54,815 nucleotides of DNA from Candidatus Heimdallarchaeota archaeon. Lineage in GTDB: Archaea; Asgardarchaeota; Heimdallarchaeia; JABLTI01. The notes under the pieces are model-generated. The model searched no databases. It saw nothing but the letters and a program-made list of their open reading frames with translations, and was not told the origin of the DNA. The stretch lies in assembly GCA_018238155.1 (NCBI GenBank), contig JABCTZ010000031.1:1-54815 (forward strand), read 5' to 3'. This document shows positions 30,195 through 38,049 of this stretch, in pieces. The translations under genes were made by a program, and so were the position numbers. Position 1 is the stretch's first letter, and every line of letters starts with the position of its first letter.

Positions 30195-31205
30195 ATGAGC
30201 AGACACAATAAATTGCGATTCTTCATGTATAAAGTTGCAAATAAATTACGCTATTTAGAAGGTGAAGAGTTCGCTGTAGAGATTGATGCGATCATTGAAG
30301 AAATTCAAAGAAAGAAACTTGACACTTGGGGAGCTTACAAACAGTTGATTGTGAGACTTGAGTGGCAAAAACAGAAAGCATTAGAAAAACCAAAAACAAA
30401 GGCAAGACAATATGACCCCTTTGAAATACCAAAATCAGGAATTGGTCGTATTGCTTTGTTCGGTCTTTCCAATGTTGGAAAAAGCACTTTGATGAATGCA
30501 ATAACAAACACTGATGTTGGCATTGGTAATTTCCTAAATACAACTACAATAGGTCAAGCAGGAGCTTGTGAATACGAAGATGTGACATTTCAAATCGTTG
30601 ACTTACCTGGATTCTTAGACTTCAAAGAAGATTGGGCACTCAGCAAACAAATCGTTAGAGTTGCTCGAACAAGTGAAGCAATAGTATTGGTCATTGATTT
30701 AACAATGGATATTGAAAGACAACTGTTCTTCTTAACAGAACAATTGACAAACGCAAAATTGATGGTAGATGGTGAATCAAGCTATAAAATCGCAATCATA
30801 GCGACAAAAGGTGATTTACCGGGATCAAAAGAAGCATATCAAGAATTGCTTGAGAAGACCAATTGGGAAGTATTTCCAACAGCTTACAACAACGAAAAAT
30901 CACTCGAGCAATTGAAAAAACAACTATTTGAGATGCTAGGTGTTATTCGTGTATATACCAAACCACCTGGAGAAAAACCCAATTTAGAGAAACCATTTGT
31001 GACTCCAGAAGGAGTAACAGTGAAGGATATTACAGAGAAAATCCATACCAGCTTTCTACAACGATTTCGATATGCACGTATCTGGGGGTCCTCCTGCGAT
31101 TTTGAAGGACAGCAGGTTGGTTTGGAACAAATATTACATGATAAAGATATCATTGAATTAGTCTTGAGCCAGAAGCAGCTAAAAAGCTGCCCCAAGGCTA
31201 ATTAG
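30195..31205 (+). CDS. OBG/DRG-family GTPase with C-terminal TGS domain
   Basis: GLSNVGKST, DLPG, TKGD; IRVYTKPPG...IWG...GQQVGLE..L.D.DII. Confidence 0.9.
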   Translation: MSRHNKLRFFMYKVANKLRYLEGEEFAVEIDAIIEEIQRKKLDTWGAYKQLIVRLEWQKQKALEKPKTKARQYDPFEIPKSGIGRIALFGLSNVGKSTLMNAITNTDVGIGNFLNTTTIGQAGACEYEDVTFQIVDLPGFLDFKEDWALSKQIVRVARTSEAIVLVIDLTMDIERQLFFLTEQLTNAKLMVDGESSYKIAIIATKGDLPGSKEAYQELLEKTNWEVFPTAYNNEKSLEQLKKQLFEMLGVIRVYTKPPGEKPNLEKPFVTPEGVTVKDITEKIHTSFLQRFRYARIWGSSCDFEGQQVGLEQILHDKDIIELVLSQKQLKSCPKAN

Positions 31206-31308
31206 CTTTTTCTAAATGATATCAATATTTGAATAGCTATTTTTGGAAAAAAAGAATAGAAGGGAATTTATTTCCCAAATATCTATTGTTATTCAACTTT
31301 TTAGCTTT

Positions 31309-31794
31309 CTAATAAGTTGGTTCTTGACTTTTTGCTAGTTTGTCAGGATTGCGAATCAATCCACCTAAAGCTCCTGCTATTACGTTGAAAACTAACGAGA
31401 TAAGTGAGAAGATAAAAGCAAAAAGCAATCCAATTAAAATGAGTATTATTATCACTTCGCTTGGAATTTCAAGTGTTTCCGCTTGTCCTAATGTTGCAAT
31501 CGAAAAGATAGTACCAAAAATAGCTGCACCACCAATAACTGTTGCAAGAATCATTACTATAGCATTTAGTAAAAATGTAAATACTGAAACTAGCAATCCT
31601 GCTATTGCTCCTTTGCTAGGTGAAGTTGCTATCAAACCCGCAACAAAGCCTGCGATTAACCAAGCACCAATTGATAATGGGACAAAAGACCAACCTGTGC
31701 CAATTAATCCTGTTAAATACATAGCGAGAACAAAAAGACCTACACCAATTATTGCACCGATAAATCCGCCTAAAAGCGCTTTTCTTTTTATCAT
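31309..31794 (-). CDS. Gly/Ala-rich membrane protein with 4-5 TM helices (DUF5518-like)
   Basis: IAGFVAG...KGAIAG...GALGG hydrophobic pattern. Confidence 0.7.
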   Translation of the reverse strand: MIKRKALLGGFIGAIIGVGLFVLAMYLTGLIGTGWSFVPLSIGAWLIAGFVAGLIATSPSKGAIAGLLVSVFTFLLNAIVMILATVIGGAAIFGTIFSIATLGQAETLEIPSEVIIILILIGLLFAFIFSLISLVFNVIAGALGGLIRNPDKLAKSQEPTY

Positions 31795-31998
31795 TGTAAT
31801 CTACCAATAAACATTCTATTAGCAAGAAACACCTTATAATAATAAAAGCTTGCCTATTTAAACAGCTGATGAGTAACTTGAAACAATTTTTCTCAGCAAG
31901 TAAGAGACGAATAGGAGAAAAGAGCCTTTTTTTCAAGTAATTTTAAATTTAAACAATGAGTAATAAATATAGATGCCTGCATCGGGAGGGCTCTTTAA

Positions 31999-33939
31999 GT
32001 GATTAAATTTAAAATTAAACATTTACTGGTTATTACTTTAATTTGTTCATTGGCTTATCTTTCATTTATTCCAAGTGTTGGAAACACACAACAAACGATA
32101 ATAAATGAATGCAAAGATAAGGCAGTGAAAGAATGGACGTTAATGTTATACTTTTGTGCGGATACAAGATCTGGAATAGTTACACCGAGTATTGATAATT
32201 CAGGTAATTTTCTTCACGCAGCTATGACAGAAGCAAAGATGAAATTACAAACAATGGATTTACTACCAGGTTCAATAACAGATCTCAATGTAATCGTTCT
32301 GTACGATTATCCATATACATTTCAGGACCCAAATGGGCATGCAATGATTTACCAGCTAAGAACAACTGCAGATGGTGGAAATACACAAGAAGCTGCGTGG
32401 GGTGCAGTAAACATGGGCGACCCGACAACTCTGAGTAATTTTGTTACTTTTTGTAAAACTAACTTTCCAGCAAATAATTATGCACTAGTTCTATCCGACC
32501 ATGGGCGAGGGTATGCTGGTTATTGTTATGATTATCATGCACCACATCCCTACTGGGAATATGCTCTGGGGGATAGTTTATCAGTGCCGGAGTTGGAAAC
32601 TGCACTCTCTGGAGCCAACAATGTTGATGTGTTGATATTCAATACTTGCCTAGGTGCATCTTTTGAAATGTCTTGGCAACTTGTGGGAGAAGTATCTTAC
32701 ATTGTAGCTGGTGAGTCAACTCAAGGTGCAAGTGCATTACATCACCCTCGAGAGATTGCCTATGCTCTTAGTAGAGATTTAACAATGACTCCAAAAGAAT
32801 TAGCCCAAGCAGCATACAACGGAGCAGTGGATCCAGTTGTTCTGCCTAGTTATTATGATTGGTCGACAATATCACTCATTGATTTAACAAAGTTCGACAT
32901 CACGGTTGGAGTGCCATCTTTTATGGAAACCTTCGATGACTTCACTCAGAAATTGGTGGATGAAATTGACTATTCAAGTAGCACTATGATTCCTTATTTT
33001 AAAAATTTCAGAGGAAATTTAACATCAGAAGGTTTAGCTACCTCGGAATCAATGATGGTTGATTTGACAAATTTCATCGAGGAAATTGTCGCAAATAAAA
33101 CTGATTTACATTATACAGAAACAGGCGATTTAGCAACCACTCTCTTAACTTTCCTTGCCGAGAATTCAAATGGTTTATTGGTCAATGAATCACATGCATC
33201 CTATTACGATGAATACATGAATGGTTTTAGTTTATGCTTCCCAGACAGCTATGATATGTTTAAGGGATTCATGTATCCGAATCTCTACGAAAATTTCAAG
33301 ATAAGCTTCGAAAGTAGTTGGTGGGAATTTATAGGAAAACTTTACCCGCTCCTATCTTTTGAAAAGTTCAAATTAAAAGACTTTTATGAAATCCAATTGT
33401 TACACATTGATCCTTCAATTCGATTGGATGTTTACATTAATCCTTTTGAGGTGACTGCAGAGCGTCATGTAGGATTGAATGATGACTTTGCAGAAGTTAA
33501 TATGGGCGTGGAACTCGGTATAGAAGGAGCAGAATATCATGATGATTTAATAGGAAACGTGATGATACGAATACCAACAGCAAGTGTTCAGCTAAGTAAA
33601 GCAACTGGAACAGAAAATTTCAGAGTAGTAATCAATGCAACGAGTGCAGCAAGTGCATCACAAATTGCGAATCTCACGGTAAAACATGTTAAGAACAATG
33701 AGGTTATTTGGCAAGAAAGTCAACAAGGCGAAATCGAAGTTGGACAACAACTAAGCTGTGATGTATCAATGGATGATGAAATGACAGATTTCGAAGTTGA
33801 ACAAATTTGGACAAATACAACAGAAAAAAGAGGTTTCATAGGACCTAACAAAGGGCTGGTATTTACAACCATAGCATTCTCATTGACAATAATCATAGCA
33901 ATTGTTTATCGGAAAAGTTTTCGAACAAAAAAAGCATGA
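31999..33939 (+). CDS. Secreted, C-terminally anchored clostripain-like (C11) cysteine peptidase
   Basis: Signal peptide; KEWT.MLY..AD, NMGDP.TL..F, LVLSDHGRG (His), IFNTCLG (Cys), IVAGE; C-terminal TM plus basic tail. Confidence 0.88.
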   Translation: MIKFKIKHLLVITLICSLAYLSFIPSVGNTQQTIINECKDKAVKEWTLMLYFCADTRSGIVTPSIDNSGNFLHAAMTEAKMKLQTMDLLPGSITDLNVIVLYDYPYTFQDPNGHAMIYQLRTTADGGNTQEAAWGAVNMGDPTTLSNFVTFCKTNFPANNYALVLSDHGRGYAGYCYDYHAPHPYWEYALGDSLSVPELETALSGANNVDVLIFNTCLGASFEMSWQLVGEVSYIVAGESTQGASALHHPREIAYALSRDLTMTPKELAQAAYNGAVDPVVLPSYYDWSTISLIDLTKFDITVGVPSFMETFDDFTQKLVDEIDYSSSTMIPYFKNFRGNLTSEGLATSESMMVDLTNFIEEIVANKTDLHYTETGDLATTLLTFLAENSNGLLVNESHASYYDEYMNGFSLCFPDSYDMFKGFMYPNLYENFKISFESSWWEFIGKLYPLLSFEKFKLKDFYEIQLLHIDPSIRLDVYINPFEVTAERHVGLNDDFAEVNMGVELGIEGAEYHDDLIGNVMIRIPTASVQLSKATGTENFRVVINATSAASASQIANLTVKHVKNNEVIWQESQQGEIEVGQQLSCDVSMDDEMTDFEVEQIWTNTTEKRGFIGPNKGLVFTTIAFSLTIIIAIVYRKSFRTKKA

Positions 33940-34049
33940 TACATCCATTTAATAGTAGATGAGTTTCATTTTTCAGTGAAATTCCTCTACAAATAGCCTT
34001 TTTTAAGGAAGAAATCATTTAGAACAATAATTGCATCTTAATTATTGAC

Positions 34050-35123
34050 GTGATAAAATTGGAAGTACAAGCAATTACCTCAGATGAAATATTTCAAGAA
34101 TGGCTGAAAAAAGCAGATGGTAAAACATTGAAAAAATTCTTTGAAAAAAAGAAAGTTGATTTTAGAAGAGAACATGTGTCCGCAGTAGAAACGGTATACA
34201 GTGTATCAAAGTTTATCGTGGTATATTTTCAGAAAAAAATACCAGAAGCATTTGTTGCAGGGGCAGACGGAAAAGTAGAAACTGTCACAGCTGACAAATT
34301 ACACAAGTACAAATTCTATGATTTCAAAGGAAAAAAAGTAGATTTTGATCAATGGAAAGGAGATACAAGTGTACCATTTCTAGCAAGTATTAGAAGAGTA
34401 GATTGTCAAAAATGCCATGGATCTGGGACACACAATTGTGATAAATGTAGTGGCTCTGGACGAGTAAAATGTGATAAATGCGATGGATCTGGAAAACGAT
34501 CATGCTCCTCATGTAGAGGAAAAGGAGTAGTAATCATTGATTTAGACGTTTATGATGTTAATAACAAGAAAACAAAAGTAGAAAAGAACATTCCTTGTGA
34601 GAAATGCGGTCATACCGGAGAAGCTGTTTGTTCAAAATGTGGTGGAGGGAAATCAGTTTTATGCCGAAATTGCGAGGGAGGAAAAAATACTTGTAAAGAC
34701 TGTAAAGGATTTGGTGTATATTATCAATTCAAATATGAAGCAGTGCCTTTCTTGTCACAAAGAAAAAGTGCAATGGTATTCTACAAAAGAGATGTAGAGA
34801 AATTTATTGATAAAAAAGATGTAGAACAACTATTGAACTCGAGAGAGACATCAGGATTATCACTATACAACATTGATGACCTAAATCAAGCAAGACTAGT
34901 ACCACAATTGAACTACTGGACACCAGAAGCAGATAAAATCTGTAATGAAGCCAAAAAAGAATTCAAGAAACTAATGAAAAATAGAGAAGTGGAAGAAAAA
35001 CAGAAGATAATGGTCTTTCCAGCATTACAATTAAGATGTAGAAGCGTAAAAGGAAAGAGCTTTGAAATTTTCGGTATTGGAAATACAAACAATTTTGCAA
35101 TTCTAACTGATGGATTCAAATAA
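34050..35123 (+). CDS. Protein with an array of DnaJ-type CxxCxGxG zinc-finger repeats (SSUH2-like), no J domain
   Basis: Eight CxxC motifs, mostly CxxCxGxG. Confidence 0.75.
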   Translation: MIKLEVQAITSDEIFQEWLKKADGKTLKKFFEKKKVDFRREHVSAVETVYSVSKFIVVYFQKKIPEAFVAGADGKVETVTADKLHKYKFYDFKGKKVDFDQWKGDTSVPFLASIRRVDCQKCHGSGTHNCDKCSGSGRVKCDKCDGSGKRSCSSCRGKGVVIIDLDVYDVNNKKTKVEKNIPCEKCGHTGEAVCSKCGGGKSVLCRNCEGGKNTCKDCKGFGVYYQFKYEAVPFLSQRKSAMVFYKRDVEKFIDKKDVEQLLNSRETSGLSLYNIDDLNQARLVPQLNYWTPEADKICNEAKKEFKKLMKNREVEEKQKIMVFPALQLRCRSVKGKSFEIFGIGNTNNFAILTDGFK

Positions 35124-35249
35124 AACAATCCATCAAAATATTTTCTTTTTCACAGAAAAAAAGCTAGTTTCTTTTTGTAATTAAGTTATTTCACAGTAAA
35201 CTCAATTTAAATTGCTTTGAAAACCTAGTTTCCACCATAGAGAATTAAA

Positions 35250-35450
35250 CTGGACGGGGAAAAAGTTTCCGCACGTCCAGGAAAAGGAAATAGGGATTTA
35301 TTTAAACACTTCTCGAAAGAAAAGTGTTTATTGTGGGGAGAGAGGGATCCGTCAAAAAACAAGTTTTTGTCGGATTTCAAGTTAATATTGACTTGCTTGA
35401 ATAAAAATATATCTACTTCGAACATTAATCACCGAAAATCCTCTCTCTGT
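35250..35450 (+). ncRNA. Hairpin-rich intergenic element (candidate structured RNA or leader)
   Basis: CTGGACG/CGTCCAG; TAAACACTT/AAGTGTTTA with inner GAAA loop; ATCCG.CAAAAA/TTTTTG.CGGAT; near-palindrome CAAGTTAATATTGACTTG. Confidence 0.4.
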
Positions 35451-35606
35451 AAACGCTTTTTAGCTTGCTCTTTTATGTTGCTTTCTTTGTTTTTCGCTTT
35501 CAATCAGTCAAAAAACAGTGAAATTCCGTTTATTTGCTATTTCTGCAACTGAATTCTGTATTTAAAAGCAATATTTTAAATGGTAAAACTCCTACATTTA
35601 GTTACT

Positions 35607-37346
35607 ATGAAATTATCTTTCCCTATTTCTCCAGAACAAATAAGAGAGGGAATGAAGGAAGTAATTGAAAAGATACAAAAAGAGACCAAGTGGGATTTGG
35701 TTAGAAATCTATCAGACGTTGCCATTACTTTGGGTTATGCTCCTGAATTTGGCGATGATTTTGGAGTAATTAGAAAACCAGATTCGATTATTTTTAGCGA
35801 TTGGATTGAAAAGTTAATTCCAGATACTTTTAGATCTAACATTATGGAGTTTCTAGTTGTCAGAGAAGCTTTCTCATTTTTCATTGAAGATAAAGTTATT
35901 TTTGGAAAGCTAGCTGTTATTACTGAGTACCTACAAAATATACTCTCTTTTGCTTATCTTAGAAAAGCATACAATAAAAAATCGCTAGAGATAAAGTTCT
36001 CACATTTAAGGTCAAGATTTTTATTTATACCGAAAAATCTTGGTAGCGATGAAACAAGATTATACAATAAAAAATACGAGATACATTCAATTGTACTAAC
36101 ACAATCTATCTCCTATAATCTCTTATTGAAATCGTATTTAGATTTCGTTGAAGAATTACTTGATGAAGAAATTGATTTTGAAGAGATATTAGATTACCTG
36201 ATTCGATATTTATCAAATTCTCCTCTCGAGATAGCCGCCCCGATTCGATTAAAAAGAAAAACTCTAAGAGTTCTAGAAAAACTAGTAAACATTGGCTTTG
36301 AATCATCCACAAAGGACATAGCAAAATATCTGAATATAAATCATACAACAGTGTTTAGAGAGTTGAACAAAATTGTATCAAGATACAATGCAACTTTTCG
36401 TGTAGAAAAAAACTTCTATTTATTAGGTCTAAATCATTATCTAATAATTGTCAAGTACAAGAAAGAGGATTCTTCATCAACTGAAAAGATTGTTGATTTG
36501 CTAAAATCAATGAGGTATATTTTTGAGATTTTTATTGGAGAAGGCTCAAATTTCAGTTATGTATACAGCCTAACATTGTGCCCAGATCTTGTAGCAGAAT
36601 ATCTAACTAAGAAATTGCTTAAACTTGAAAAAGAAAAAATTATTGAAGAATTTGATGTAATTCCTCTTAAAAATAGAACCTTTAGATCAGCATACATTGA
36701 GGATAGCTTTAATCCAAGTATAAAAAATTTCAAGAAATTGATAGATAACGAAATAGAATGTACGAAATTAACCAATTGGGAAAATAATAATTTCGAAGAA
36801 GATGGTGTATACAGGTTTACATCCAATGAAAAAAGATTGTTGCGGTTCTTGTCGATTTATATTTCAAATGGTATTGTTAATTATAATTATTATCGCGTTT
36901 TTCTACCAGAATGGAGAGATTTTCTTGTCGATCATGGTATTGATCCGAATGATATGAAACAATGTACAGACTTTGCTAATAAAATTAGAAACACTCTTTT
37001 AGAAAAAAAGCTCATTGATTTTCGATTAATTCTGTCTCTCTCAAATCTGATTGTAAATGATATGCTGGTTGTAAAAATTCCTTGTGATCCTGAAGATGAG
37101 AAAATTAAAACCCTTTTAAAGAAACTTAACGTTTTTGGTGGAAGTGTTGTTCTAGCAGCTTCTGATTATATCTTCTTTTTAGTTTACGGTTTGAATTTTC
37201 AACACCCGCTAGTTGAACTTATTATTGAAGAATTTAATAAAAGCGGATACAATGGTAAAATCTTTTCAGTTAAAAATGAAATATTCAGATACGTTCCATT
37301 AGAACTTTTGTACAGTTTTCCAGATCAAAAATGGTTGCTACGATAA
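35607..37346 (+). CDS. Large transcriptional regulator, paralog 1 (degenerate zincin-like N-domain, wHTH, Lrp/AsnC-like domains)
   Basis: HTH STKDIAKYLNINHTTVFRELNKI followed by NFYLLGLNHYLIIV; the ATG at 35607 gives 579 aa, matching paralog 2. Confidence 0.75.
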   Translation: MKLSFPISPEQIREGMKEVIEKIQKETKWDLVRNLSDVAITLGYAPEFGDDFGVIRKPDSIIFSDWIEKLIPDTFRSNIMEFLVVREAFSFFIEDKVIFGKLAVITEYLQNILSFAYLRKAYNKKSLEIKFSHLRSRFLFIPKNLGSDETRLYNKKYEIHSIVLTQSISYNLLLKSYLDFVEELLDEEIDFEEILDYLIRYLSNSPLEIAAPIRLKRKTLRVLEKLVNIGFESSTKDIAKYLNINHTTVFRELNKIVSRYNATFRVEKNFYLLGLNHYLIIVKYKKEDSSSTEKIVDLLKSMRYIFEIFIGEGSNFSYVYSLTLCPDLVAEYLTKKLLKLEKEKIIEEFDVIPLKNRTFRSAYIEDSFNPSIKNFKKLIDNEIECTKLTNWENNNFEEDGVYRFTSNEKRLLRFLSIYISNGIVNYNYYRVFLPEWRDFLVDHGIDPNDMKQCTDFANKIRNTLLEKKLIDFRLILSLSNLIVNDMLVVKIPCDPEDEKIKTLLKKLNVFGGSVVLAASDYIFFLVYGLNFQHPLVELIIEEFNKSGYNGKIFSVKNEIFRYVPLELLYSFPDQKWLLR

Positions 37347-37386
37347 AATGAAAAAATAAGATGAAAAGATTGATAAAATCTTATCA

Positions 37387-37539
37387 TCATCCGCCAGAAG
37401 GGTTTGGATCTTCGTCGAATCCACCTGTGCTACCTCCACCAGAAGGTGCGATAACGCCTTTAGCGAGGAAACCTCCTGATAAGAGGAGTGTCAATACGAT
37501 CATTGCAATAGAAATTAATTTTGGATTCAGTTTCTTCAT
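37387..37539 (-). CDS. 50-aa secreted pre-peptide 1 (not in ORF track): MKKLNPKLISIAMIVLTLLLSGGFLAKGVIAPSGGGSTGGFDEDPNPSGG
   Basis: GGAG SD-like motif, signal-peptide-like N-terminus, triple stop TGA TGA TAA, near-identical paralog at 39811-39963. Confidence 0.85.
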   Translation of the reverse strand: MKKLNPKLISIAMIVLTLLLSGGFLAKGVIAPSGGGSTGGFDEDPNPSGG

Positions 37540-37564
37540 TTTATTTTTTGTCTCCATTATTTAT

Positions 37565-37601
37565 TATCAATAGTCTATTCCGGAAAATAGTTTAAATAAA
37601 G
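37565..37601 (-). promoter_or_regulatory. Promoter/operator block of peptide gene 1
   Basis: 37 nt identical to 39988-40024; TTTATTTAAA TATA-like box on the minus strand; imperfect palindrome CTATTCCGGAAAATAG. Confidence 0.6.
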
Positions 37602-38049
37602 GACTTCCACGAAAAAATGGCACACAAACTTCTGTTTTAGGAAGATTTTTTGTCAAAATAACCTTTCGACAATAAAAGCATCCAAAGAATATCCTTGTCT
37701 TTTGAGATGCATTTCTGGAAGAAAATTTGTCTTTAATTAAGTAAATTCTAATTATATCTTAGAAGAAGAAGTTTCAGGGTTTGAACGTCGTCTCCTAAAT
37801 CCGTTTCCCTCGTTCTTCTTCTCCAGGATCCTCCAGTTCTAAAAAAGAGCTCATCTCTCTGAATCTGGGGGTTTGATCTATTGCCTTTGGAAAATTCTCG
37901 GTGGATTTTCTTCTTTTCTCTCATTCTAGCTGTGTCTTTCAAAGTTTTATTAATCTGAAGTCATTATCTTTCTTTTCAAATATTGGTGCTCTGGATTCTA
38001 TGTTTTACAGCAAGATTTTATAGGTTATAAACGCCTTATTGTTGTTATC

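Noticed and set aside
31340-31810. 156-aa Pro/Ile/Ala-rich plus-strand ORF
   Set aside because: Antisense of the Gly/Ala-rich membrane protein gene.
35580-35606. Track start of regulator 1 (MVKLLHLVT)
   Set aside because: The ATG at 35607 yields 579 aa, colinear with paralog 2.
37361-37573. Plus-strand 70-aa ORF and its twin at 39821-40018 sharing PPVLPPPEGAITPLARKPP
   Set aside because: Antisense shadows of the peptide genes. Their starts and ends are not conserved, whereas the minus frame has an SD-like motif, a signal peptide and identical length in both copies.
37748-37942. 64-aa minus-strand ORF in the duplicated spacer
   Set aside because: The equivalent frame in copy 2 stops after 16 codons, so conservation appears to be non-coding.
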